A stretch of DNA of 64,000 nucleotides, from the NCBI RefSeq assembly GCF_050920415.1, contig NZ_CP169309.1, one strand, 5' to 3'. This DNA comes from Escherichia coli (GTDB lineage: Bacteria; Pseudomonadota; Gammaproteobacteria; Enterobacterales; Enterobacteriaceae). The notes under the pieces are model-generated. The model was not told the origin of the DNA. It did no database searches and saw only the letters and a program-made list of their open reading frames with translations. A program made the position numbers and the translations under genes. Shown piece after piece: positions 33,923 through 41,179 of this stretch (within the stretch, counting starts at the first letter, position 1; the number at the start of each line of letters is the position of its first letter).

Positions 33923-34147
33923 TCAACACACTGGCTGTAATGCAGCCGATACCATGCGGCATTTAGCGGCATTCATCGTACACTCAACGGTTAGCTCTTC
34001 ATTCGTGGCATTCACCTGAAAGATCCGGGAGTGTAATTGCGTACATTTACCACTGAACGAACCTTCAACAAGAACACGACCACGCTGCAAAATACGGAAC
34101 AGAATTGTTCCCTGAAAAGGCTTTACGGTTACCAGTAATTTCTTCAT
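33923..34147 (-). CDS. hypothetical protein directly downstream of Rz
   Basis: 74 aa from ATG 34147 (MKKLLVTVKPFQGTILFRILQRGRVLVEG...), with RBS ggagaa 6 nt upstream. No family recognised. Confidence 0.4.
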   Translation of the reverse strand: MKKLLVTVKPFQGTILFRILQRGRVLVEGSFSGKCTQLHSRIFQVNATNEELTVECTMNAAKCRMVSAALQPVC

Positions 34148-34170
34148 GCATTCTCCGGATAACAAAAATA

Positions 34171-34638
34171 CTAGTTAATACACTGAGTGCGGATATATTC
34201 CTGCGCCCCTTCCAGCTGCTTCTGCATCATCATCAACCGCTCTCTGAGAGTGAAATAATCCCGTTCAACTGTGTCTGCCAGTCGGGGGCCGGTTGCATTA
34301 TCCACGCCGGAGGTGCCGGTGGCTTCACGCACGGTACCGGAGCAGGTGGCGTTGATCCGCAGGCGCTTACGACCAGCGGCAACATCAGCACGCAGAGTTT
34401 CATTTTCAGCTCTCGCATCGGCTAATTCCCTCGAGTATCTGGCATCAAGTGCAGCGACATCACGCTGGCGTATCTGCATATCAGTAATTGTCGCGTTCGC
34501 CAGCTCCAGCTCTCTGACTTTTTTATCGCGCTGCGCTTTGTAGGTGATGGCGTTATCGCGGTAATGATTCAGCCCCAGACCAAGCGCACCACAGGCTACC
34601 AGCAGGACAATAATCACCACACACAGAACACGGTTCAT
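34171..34638 (-). CDS. Rz: i-spanin Rz
   Basis: 155 aa with an N-terminal TM ([23 protein letters not shown]) and a coiled coil (...[22 protein letters not shown]...). Confidence 0.9.
   Translation of the reverse strand: MNRVLCVVIIVLLVACGALGLGLNHYRDNAITYKAQRDKKVRELELANATITDMQIRQRDVAALDARYSRELADARAENETLRADVAAGRKRLRINATCSGTVREATGTSGVDNATGPRLADTVERDYFTLRERLMMMQKQLEGAQEYIRTQCIN
34233..34403 (-). CDS. Rz1: o-spanin lipoprotein Rz1, embedded in Rz in the +1 frame
   Basis: From ATG 34403: [15 protein letters not shown] (lipobox), then the Pro-rich [19 protein letters not shown]... Confidence 0.85.
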   Translation of the reverse strand: MKLCVLMLPLVVSACGSTPPAPVPCVKPPAPPAWIMQPAPDWQTQLNGIISLSESG

Positions 34639-34766
34639 ATCCCCCTCACCCCATCATCCCCGACGAAGACAACATCATCCAGCCTAAGAGCAACCAGCAT
34701 TAGTGAAAATGAAATGCCGACGATTACACAGAGGATCTTCGCCAGCGTTATGAGCTTGTCTGACAT
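34635..34766 (-). CDS. 43-aa single-TM peptide (not in ORF track)
   Basis: ATG 34766 with RBS agagga. Product: [43 protein letters not shown]. Its stop overlaps the Rz start (ATATGA). Confidence 0.45.
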   Translation of the reverse strand: MSDKLITLAKILCVIVGISFSLMLVALRLDDVVFVGDDGVRGI

Positions 34767-34778
34767 GCTTAATCCTCT

Positions 34779-34961
34779 TCACGATTTCAACGCAATGACC
34801 AGTTTTGCCAGCCCATACAGCATCGGAGACACAGCAATACCGACCGCCACCCACTTAATAGCAAAAGCCAGCGCTCTGCTGATGTCATCAGTTACAGGCG
34901 CTTTCAGTTCAAGGCCGTTTTTCATAGTCAACCTCAACAGAATTCGTTTATACTTTTCCAT
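34779..34961 (-). CDS. 60-aa protein with C-terminal TM segment
   Basis: ATG 34961 with strong RBS aagggag. Product: MEKYKRILLRLTMKNGLELKAPVTDDISRALAFAIKWVAVGIAVSPMLYGLAKLVIALKS. The ORF-track GTG start at 35039 would run through the terminator hairpin. Confidence 0.45.
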   Translation of the reverse strand: MEKYKRILLRLTMKNGLELKAPVTDDISRALAFAIKWVAVGIAVSPMLYGLAKLVIALKS

Positions 34962-34994
34962 GTTCTCCCTTGCCTTATCCAAGGTCAGAAACAC

Positions 34995-35027
34995 AAAACC
35001 CCGCTTGCTGCCAACAAACGGGGTTTT
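34995..35027. terminator. bidirectional hairpin terminator between the endolysin and the small membrane genes
   Basis: aaaaccccg/cggggtttt stem with a 15-nt loop and T-rich runs on both strands. Confidence 0.5.
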
Positions 35028-35116
35028 ACTTTTATTCACTTAGGTTTTGCCAGTTCGCAGGATTTCGTGTTATCCGTCCGCGTTGGTCAACGTCATTTTT
35101 CAGCAAAATATTCTGC

Positions 35117-35650
35117 TTATCTGTCGATTCCCCAGCACGCCAGCGCGCTCTCCTGGTCACGACGGGATATCTGACCGTAACAGTTGTTTGAGCGGATACG
35201 GCAGTCTCTGCCACCGTCCTTAATCCACCAGCGAATCGCTTCACACGCTCCCCTGCGATCGCCTGCATTAATTCGTTTATAAAACGTCGACGGGAAACAC
35301 TTACCGGGGCCAATGTTATACGGGCAGAATGACGCGATCCCCGCTTTCTGGGGTTCAGTCAGTGGCACTTTGATGTTTTTCGCCACCCATGCCAGCGCCT
35401 TATCACGTTCAATGGCGTTAACCCGGTCGCATTTTTCCTTTGACAGCTTCATGCCAGGAATAACAGGCTTACCATCCACCCGGGTGGCTCCACGGCAGAT
35501 GGTCCAGATCCCCGCACCATCACGGTATGCCGTGGTGTGGTTACCTTCCTTTTCATCCAGAAACTGGTCGAGGATTTCAGGCGCAGGCGCACCTGCGGCA
35601 ATCAGCGCCAGAACGGCAGCCGACAGACCGTATTTGATTTTGGTGTTCAT
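35117..35650 (-). CDS. R: SAR endolysin (GH24 / T4-lysozyme family)
   Basis: 177 aa with a weakly hydrophobic N-terminal signal-arrest-release segment (YGLSAAVLALIAAGAPAP) and a catalytic region EGNHTTAYRDGAGIWTICRG. Confidence 0.9.
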   Translation of the reverse strand: MNTKIKYGLSAAVLALIAAGAPAPEILDQFLDEKEGNHTTAYRDGAGIWTICRGATRVDGKPVIPGMKLSKEKCDRVNAIERDKALAWVAKNIKVPLTEPQKAGIASFCPYNIGPGKCFPSTFYKRINAGDRRGACEAIRWWIKDGGRDCRIRSNNCYGQISRRDQESALACWGIDR

Positions 35651-35778
35651 GGATATTTATCAGGATTTATCGGTTCCGAATCCCTGGATATGTTAAGTCT
35701 TCAGCCTGCCAGTGGTGGGCACTGGTGTTTTACCTGATGGCTGAAATATATCTGACAATTCCCGTCGAGGATTTAGCA

Positions 35779-36093
35779 ATGTATAACGATGAACATAAAT
35801 ATACCGCCTGCATGCAGGCCATGAATGAACAATTTAAATCAGCATTCCTTAAACTCATTCAGCAAAACCACAAAGCAGTAAAATCCATTCAGGCTGAGCC
35901 GTATGGACACCTCACACCACCAACTCTCGACATTATGTCCAGAATATTAACACCAGCCATGCTTCTACGTCTGAAAGACAATATAAATGACTGGTTAAAC
36001 GAAGAATTAAACTACCTTGAATGTGAGTGGGATCATCATTACGCCAAATCACAAAAAGAACGCATCTTCCGTCGATTATCCGGCAACAGATAA
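35779..36093 (+). CDS. hypothetical protein, opposite strand, inside the lysis cassette
   Basis: 104 aa from ATG 35779 (RBS gagga 7 nt upstream): MYNDEHKYTACMQAMNEQFKSAFLKLIQQNHKAV... No family recognised. Confidence 0.5.
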   Translation: MYNDEHKYTACMQAMNEQFKSAFLKLIQQNHKAVKSIQAEPYGHLTPPTLDIMSRILTPAMLLRLKDNINDWLNEELNYLECEWDHHYAKSQKERIFRRLSGNR

Positions 36094-36102
36094 CGAGCCA
36101 GC

Positions 36103-36743
36103 TTATATACGTCCTTTAAGATAAGTCAGTCCTGGATGAAACCAGTAAGCAGGCACTTTTTTAAAGGGTGGATTATCAAAATCACGAAGAAGAGCCTCCC
36201 GCACAACTGCATCCTTGTCCGCACCACTGGCCAGCGCTTCAATCTCAGCAGCTACCTGCAGATATCCCATGCAACGACCAATGCGCTTCATTAGTCCCTG
36301 CTTTTTATTGTTCTTCAGGTAATCAATGGCAAATTCAATGAGCGCCTCACTGTGCTGGTGCGATGCTGGTGTTACTTTTCCATCTTCACGGATCGTGATA
36401 TTCCAGTCATCGCTTGTCACAATAAAAGATGGCCGATTCCCCCCCCATGCCTGGTCTTTATCCGGTGCAGACGCAATAAAATAACGTTTATTGCCTTCCT
36501 CTCCGGCACTTTTAACTGTAATGGAGTACTTTTCTGACAATGCGGTCGGTAAAAACTTTTCCTGCAAAATCTTCTCAAAGGTCCTGCGAGCAATTTTGAT
36601 GCAATCATCGTAAAACGCTGCTTCCTGCTCATCGCGGCGTTTTTTTCATCTTCAGAAACCATCAGCACCGACAGTTTTTTATTCAGTTCAGTGATTTCAT
36701 TTTCCAGGCAACTTATGCGCTGATTCATTTCTTCATGGTTCAT
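36103..36743 (-). pseudogene. late-operon gene split by a -1 frame change at an A7 tract
   Basis: ATG 36743 lies 4 nt after the holin stop. The frame reads MNHEEMNQRISCLENEITELNKKLSVLMVSEDEK up to the A7 run (36640-36646). The -1 frame then continues sensibly, KRRDEQEAAFYDDCIKIARRTFEKILQEKFLPTALSEKYSITVK...GRI, to 36103. The 0 frame continues as low-quality sequence to 36417. Confidence 0.6.
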
Positions 36744-36746
36744 CGT

Positions 36747-36962
36747 CTACTCTCCCCGCGCCGCCTTACGCCGGTCCTCTCTGATTTTGAAATACAGGTT
36801 AGTCAGGTACGTCAGCAGGCCAAACAGCAGACTCCCCAGCACACCTATCGCCACCCACTGGGACGGAGAGACTTTGTCCAGCAGCTGCAGTAACCAGTAT
36901 CCCGTCCCCACCGCTGACGTGGTGTATGACACACCTGTTGTGATTTTTTCCATCTGGTACAT
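36747..36962 (-). CDS. S: pinholin (phage 21 S-like), dual-start motif
   Basis: 71 aa from ATG 36962: [71 protein letters not shown]. Met1/Met4 resembles the S21 71/68 pair. It pairs with the SAR endolysin. Confidence 0.85.
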   Translation of the reverse strand: MYQMEKITTGVSYTTSAVGTGYWLLQLLDKVSPSQWVAIGVLGSLLFGLLTYLTNLYFKIREDRRKAARGE

Positions 36963-37264
36963 ACCCCGTCTCCCGTTATCCGGAAACTGACAACAATAAA
37001 AAAGCCACCCGTTAATTACTGATGGCTCTGATGCATAAACGTCATCATTCCTGACCGTTATGATTGACAATGGTTATCATTTTTATATAAAAATACTCCC
37101 GATATGTGTTACATATCATTTCTCCACGGGGAATATCCCCACGCCAGCGTCAGACTCGTTTTCCCGTTCTCTTCTGTGCTGGCGTTTTTTTTATTATGAT
37201 GTCGGTACATTTATCTCCAGCACCAGGCTTTCAATCTCAACACCATACGCGGAATTTTTGGGCG

Positions 37265-37291
37265 TAAAAAATCCCCTCCGGTGAGGGGATT
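37265..37291 (-). terminator. intrinsic terminator closing the TerB-like module
   Basis: aatcccctc/gaggggatt 9-bp stem followed by T6 on the minus strand. Confidence 0.7.
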
Positions 37292-37523
37292 TGCTTATGT
37301 AAACATTTACACTGCTTACCTGCATGGTGCCGGGTGCCTCCCGGTGAATTCAGTATCAGCACCTGAATCCGCAATTATCCCATATACCTACTTGCTGATT
37401 GCCCCTCCGCACAGGGGGATTCACCATGCGAAATTTTTTTAACAAATGCTCAGTCTGACAGGCAACTGTCAACTGGCTGAATTGTGAGACATTTAAAATT
37501 TTCGGGGCGTAACTGATACCCGG

Positions 37524-37688
37524 TTAACTACCTGGCATGTCCTTTTTCACCAAAGGAAAAAGCACCACCACAATACCGACCACCAGCACTCCATCCGCCA
37601 GCACCGACATGATCCTGCTGGTGAAATCCACCATCACCACCAGAAACAGCAGGAGTGCCACAGCGGCCAGACGCAGTTTTACCGTCAC
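37524..37688 (-). CDS. 54-aa two-TM peptide translationally coupled to the TerB-like gene (not in ORF track)
   Basis: GTG 37688 overlaps the TerB-like stop (GTGA). Product: VTVKLRLAAVALLLFLVVMVDFTSRIMSVLADGVLVVGIVVVLFPLVKKDMPGS. ORF-track entry 37528..37815 is a different frame and reads as junk. Confidence 0.5.
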   Translation of the reverse strand: MTVKLRLAAVALLLFLVVMVDFTSRIMSVLADGVLVVGIVVVLFPLVKKDMPGS

Positions 37689-38116
37689 AGGTGGTTCTCC
37701 AGTCGCAGGCCAAGAACACCAGCAATCTCTTCCAGAACCTTACGCTCTTCCGGCTCAATTTCACCATCTGCTTCAGCAATGGCCACCGCCACATCCAGCA
37801 CATCTTCCGCTTCACGCGTATCGTGTTTCACATCTTCAATTTCACGCAACGCTGCACGACGACCAATTTTAAAATTGGTGTCAAGCTGACCTGTGATCGT
37901 GGCACTGATGGCATTAATTTCTGACGTAAACGTGGACAACGCTGGCTGGTTACGTAATACCTGTTCGATCTTCGCTTTCTCTGAAGTCTCACATTCACCA
38001 TCTGCATAGGCCACTAGGTAGGCAGCATTAATAACCGCCTGTGCCAGATCGCGTTTCTCAAACTTTTTAATTTCAGTTGCTGCTCTGCGGGTTTTCTTTT
38101 TGAAAATACCAAACAT
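37685..38116 (-). CDS. TerB-like (tellurite-resistance TerB family) protein
   Basis: 143 aa with two copies of the TerB-type acidic helix motif: AYADGECETSEKAKIEQVL and AEADGEIEPEERKVLEEIAGVLGL. Confidence 0.65.
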   Translation of the reverse strand: MFGIFKKKTRRAATEIKKFEKRDLAQAVINAAYLVAYADGECETSEKAKIEQVLRNQPALSTFTSEINAISATITGQLDTNFKIGRRAALREIEDVKHDTREAEDVLDVAVAIAEADGEIEPEERKVLEEIAGVLGLRLENHL

Positions 38117-38252
38117 CGTGACTTTTCCTTTTAGTGGGTGAGCCTGCGCCCTGCGGGGACCAGCCCACAGAGAAAGTCACACTGACCATCCCGTAAGCTC
38201 CCCCCTGAAAAGCTCTGTGGTTTTTGATATACGCCGGGCGTGGCGCGGATAC

Positions 38253-38276
38253 AAAAAAGGCCCGCAAAAGCGAGCC
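38253..38276 (-). terminator. intrinsic terminator after the tRNA cluster
   Basis: ggctcgc/gcgggcc stem with a tttt loop, followed by T6 on the minus strand. Confidence 0.65.
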
Positions 38277-38289
38277 AGGAAAATAAGTA

Positions 38290-38366
38290 TGGCGCGTTGT
38301 ACTGGATTCGAACCAGTGACCGATTGCTTAGAAGGCAATTGCTCTGTCCGACTGAGCTAACAACGC
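38290..38366 (-). tRNA. tRNA-Arg (anticodon UCU, reads AGA)
   Basis: 77 nt: GCGTTGTTAGCTCAGTCGGACAGAGCAATTGCCTTCTAAGCAATCGGTCACTGGTTCGAATCCAGTACAACGCGCCA. It folds into a clean cloverleaf with anticodon loop CTTCTAA, and it resembles argU. Confidence 0.9.
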
Positions 38367-38379
38367 ATGATGCAGATAA

Positions 38380-38460
38380 TGGACCGCCATCGAGGACTCG
38401 AACCCCGCACCAACAACCCTGTTATCGTGTCGTCTGCTCTTCCTGATGAGCTAATGGCGG
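38380..38460 (-). tRNA. tRNA-like gene with non-canonical anticodon arm (identity undetermined)
   Basis: 81 nt: CCGCCATTAGCTCATCAGGAAGAGCAGACGACACGATAACAGGGTTGTTGGTGCGGGGTTCGAGTCCTCGATGGCGGTCCA. The acceptor, D and T arms and the CCA end are good. The anticodon region is about 5 nt too long: stem ACGAC/GTTGT encloses an 11-nt loop. Confidence 0.55.
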
Positions 38461-38467
38461 TACGTTA

Positions 38468-38542
38468 TGGTGGCCCTGCTGGATTTGAACCAGCGACCTG
38501 GCGATTATGAGTCGCTCACTCTCACCACTGAGCTAAAGGGCC
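38468..38542 (-). tRNA. tRNA with CAU anticodon, ileX-like (tRNA-Ile2/Met)
   Basis: 75 nt: GGCCCTTTAGCTCAGTGGTGAGAGTGAGCGACTCATAATCGCCAGGTCGCTGGTTCAAATCCAGCAGGGCCACCA. By eye it is very close to E. coli ileX, and the acceptor stem is one base short. Confidence 0.8.
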
Positions 38543-38582
38543 GGGCGCAGGATAATAACGGTACGTAACTAATTCTGCAATA

Positions 38583-39641
38583 TCATCCGTTCTGACTGAC
38601 TAAATCCTGAACTTCCTTGACCGTCTGCTCAAAACGCTCAGTCTCCAGCTCAACGCCAATTGCACGACGTCCCAGCGCCATCGATGCTTTGACCGTCGAA
38701 CCCGACCCCATGAAAAAATCTGCAACCAGATCTCCCGGACGACTGCTTGCGCTGATTATCTGCTGCAACATTTCTGCCGGTTTTTCGCACGGATGTTTCC
38801 CGGGATAGTACTGCACCGGTTTATGCATCCACACATCGGTGTACGGCACCTGCACAGTCACACCGAAATACCGCCGCAAATTTTTATATTCTCTCAGCAG
38901 TTCCGTATACTGCCGGTTCAGTTCACTGTATGTGCTGACCAGCTGGTGGTGTGGCTGCTCCAGTTCACCGCGCTGATGTTTTTCTGCTGCAACACGCGCA
39001 AACAACGCCTGCAATTTGTTGTAATCAGCTTCGTTCGGTAACTGCCACTGACTGGTACCAAACCAGTGCGAAGCCATGTTTTTCTTTCCGGTGGCTTCCG
39101 CTATCTGTTTTGACGTTATTCCCAGTTCGGCACGAGCATCCCTGAAATACGATATCAGCGGTGCCATTATGTGCTGTTTGAGTTCCCTTTCTTTTGCCGC
39201 ATAGCCGTCACTTTTGCCGCGATATGGCCCCTGGTAATGTTCAGCAAACAGAACGCGCTCTGTGGCAGGAAAATATGCGCGCAGACTTTCTTTATTACAC
39301 CCATTCCAACGTCCGGACGGCTTCGCCCAGATGATATGGTTAAGCACGTTGAAACGTTCACGCATCATGATCTCAATATCAGATGCCAGGCGATGCCCAC
39401 AGAACAGGTAAAGGCTTCCGGCAGGTTTCAACACCCGCCAGAACTGGGCCAGACAGTGGTCCAGCCACTTAAGATAATCTTCGTCCCCTTTCCACTGATT
39501 GTCCCAACCGTTGGGTTTCACCTTGAAGTAAGGCGGATCGGTAACAATCAGGTCAATGGAATCATCAGGCAGGGACTGAATAAAATGCAGGCAATCAGCG
39601 TTGATTAAATCAACACTGTTTATTTTTACAGTATTTTTCAT
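38583..39641 (-). CDS. DNA methyltransferase (N6A/N4C, DPPY type), orphan
   Basis: 352 aa with IVTDPPYF (motif IV) near the N-terminus and FFMGSGST (motif I, SAM binding) near the C-terminus. No adjacent nuclease gene. Confidence 0.85.
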   Translation of the reverse strand: MKNTVKINSVDLINADCLHFIQSLPDDSIDLIVTDPPYFKVKPNGWDNQWKGDEDYLKWLDHCLAQFWRVLKPAGSLYLFCGHRLASDIEIMMRERFNVLNHIIWAKPSGRWNGCNKESLRAYFPATERVLFAEHYQGPYRGKSDGYAAKERELKQHIMAPLISYFRDARAELGITSKQIAEATGKKNMASHWFGTSQWQLPNEADYNKLQALFARVAAEKHQRGELEQPHHQLVSTYSELNRQYTELLREYKNLRRYFGVTVQVPYTDVWMHKPVQYYPGKHPCEKPAEMLQQIISASSRPGDLVADFFMGSGSTVKASMALGRRAIGVELETERFEQTVKEVQDLVSQNG

Positions 39642-39791
39642 GGATCAGTAAGCGTAACTCTGGTAGGCTCACTCTGCTTTTGCGCTAAAGCAGTGGGCCG
39701 TGGTTCGCTTGTGACCAGTAAGCATGAGCGAATGGCTGGCAGGTGCTACCAACACCCACCAGCCGCCCATTTTCACAGCAGGAAACCGCCA

Positions 39792-39995
39792 TTACTGGCA
39801 GCGTCTGAATTTATTCCCGTACCCGCCGTTATCCTTCGCCAGACCCGCCAGAACTAACTGAGTCAGTATTAACTGGCACCGGACTTCGCTTACTCCGGTA
39901 GTTCTCGTCATCATGCGTGGCGTTACCCACTTGTCAGCAGGTAAGAAATGAAGGACTGCGGCGGCGGTTTCTGTCATATCTTGCTGTTTTAGCAT
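39792..39995 (-). CDS. small hypothetical protein (possible winged-helix)
   Basis: 67 aa from ATG 39995 (RBS aaggga): MLKQQDMTETAAAVLHFLPADKWVTPRMMTRTTGVSEVRCQLILTQLVLAGLAKDNG... Confidence 0.45.
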   Translation of the reverse strand: MLKQQDMTETAAAVLHFLPADKWVTPRMMTRTTGVSEVRCQLILTQLVLAGLAKDNGGYGNKFRRCQ

Positions 39996-40171
39996 GTTTT
40001 TTCCCTTCTGGTTAACATGACATACCAATAACTCTTGTCTAAAAAGCCAGCAAGATAAAAAGTCAGTATTCACGACCACCAGCGTGTTTACTGTACTGCA
40101 CCAAGTTTACAGGTACAAAAAAACCGCTCAGCGGCGGGTTTAAGTTGTGTGGCGAAGTAACCACTCTTAAC

Positions 40172-40199
40172 AGCATATTTGATTTTTTACGATTGTAAA
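40172..40199 (-). promoter_or_regulatory. candidate late promoter PR'
   Basis: The minus strand has TTTACA (40199-40194), a 16-nt spacer, then TATGCT (40177-40172). A short hairpin with T7 (40117-40134) about 50 nt downstream could be the tR' analogue. Position-based inference only. Confidence 0.3.
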
Positions 40200-40264
40200 C
40201 GGTTGATTATTCATCTCCAATAAAAATAATTGTGTAGGTATGCCCTTAACAATGGATAAGAAAC

Positions 40265-40711
40265 ATGAATAAAATGACTGTATTATTACTTAGCGCAACT
40301 ATCATTTCAGGTTGTACTTCTTCCGTACCATTGATAAAGAAAACTCAATCAGGAAAACCTGAGGGGGTTTATCAAAATACGACAAAAGATAAAGTCAAAG
40401 ATGCCCTTGTGAATTACTGCAATAGTAGAGGGTTGATAATTTACAACGCGGATAACAGCAGTGTTATATGTGGTAAAGAACTGGAAGGCGGGTCTGCTGT
40501 TTTTGGACAAATGTTAATCGGCAATGCCTATTCAACAACCCCGGTATCAAAAGTCAGATTTACTATCGCTCAAGTTAATAACGATACAAAAGTGTGGGCC
40601 GATATGTGGATGGAAACTCAAATGGCAATGGGGCAAGTACAACAAATGGCTATAACAGACAACGCAAGCAAAAACACTATCCAACAACGTCTTGATGAAT
40701 TAAAACCTTAA
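40265..40711 (+). CDS. lipoprotein, opposite-strand moron between Q and the putative late promoter
   Basis: 148 aa. MNKMTVLLLSATIISGCTSS carries a lipobox (ISGC). The gene is AT-rich and antisense to the surrounding operon. Confidence 0.7.
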   Translation: MNKMTVLLLSATIISGCTSSVPLIKKTQSGKPEGVYQNTTKDKVKDALVNYCNSRGLIIYNADNSSVICGKELEGGSAVFGQMLIGNAYSTTPVSKVRFTIAQVNNDTKVWADMWMETQMAMGQVQQMAITDNASKNTIQQRLDELKP

Positions 40712-40721
40712 GTAAATTAAT

Positions 40722-40755
40722 TAAATAAAATGGGGAGAAATAAATCGACTCCCCA
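40722..40755 (-). terminator. hairpin with T-rich tail just downstream of Q
   Basis: tggggag/ctcccca stem. On the minus strand it is followed by ttttatttaatt. Confidence 0.4.
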
Positions 40756-40796
40756 CACATTAAACTGATTCAATTACCCCCTCAATAAGAGATCTT

Positions 40797-41162
40797 CTAA
40801 CGATCCATCTCTAGCTCAATTTCTAACATCATTAACATGCCATCAACTACACCTTCAGCCTTTTGCAATAAACGCCCAACCCAGCAATCAGAACGCCCAT
40901 GTTTACGGGCAAGCGCCATAAACGTCATACCACCTACATAATAATCCACTAATAAATCGTGCAAATCGCTGTTGTTCTTTTTCAGGCGAGCCATGCACCC
41001 ACAAATGATCATCGCGTCATCGTCACAACATTGCGGGCGGGATTTTACTTTTGAAGGGATTAGTCCTTTAAATCCTGCAGCAATAGACGACCAGGTGACA
41101 TCCTCGTGATTATTTGCCACCCATGCCCCCCAACGTTCAAGAACCATTTGAATATCACGCAT
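40797..41162 (-). CDS. Q: late-gene antiterminator Q
   Basis: 121 aa from ATG 41162 (RBS ggagaa): [64 protein letters not shown]... This is the typical phage antitermination Q (type 2) pattern. Confidence 0.85.
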   Translation of the reverse strand: MRDIQMVLERWGAWVANNHEDVTWSSIAAGFKGLIPSKVKSRPQCCDDDAMIICGCMARLKKNNSDLHDLLVDYYVGGMTFMALARKHGRSDCWVGRLLQKAEGVVDGMLMMLEIELEMDR

Positions 41163-41179
41163 CAACTTTCTCCACAAAA

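Noticed and set aside
33762-33962. 66-aa minus-strand ORF overlapping the end of the 74-aa gene after Rz (TAAATG junction).
   Set aside because: There is no RBS, the composition is Cys/Arg-rich, and no family was recognised. It could be real but the support is too weak. I left only the upstream 74-aa ORF, which has a good RBS.
37528-37815. 95-aa minus-strand ORF overlapping the 3' end of the TerB-like gene.
   Set aside because: It is in a different frame from the hydrophobic 54-aa ORF. Its translation (…CGTPAVSGGDGGFHQQDHVGAGGW…) is not protein-like, and it overlaps TerB extensively.
37265-38290. Looked for Shiga toxin genes (stxA/stxB) downstream of the Q-methylase-tRNA block, where Stx phages carry them.
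   Set aside because: The interval encodes only the TerB-like protein and a small membrane peptide. There is no ~315-aa A-subunit or ~89-aa B-subunit ORF on either strand.
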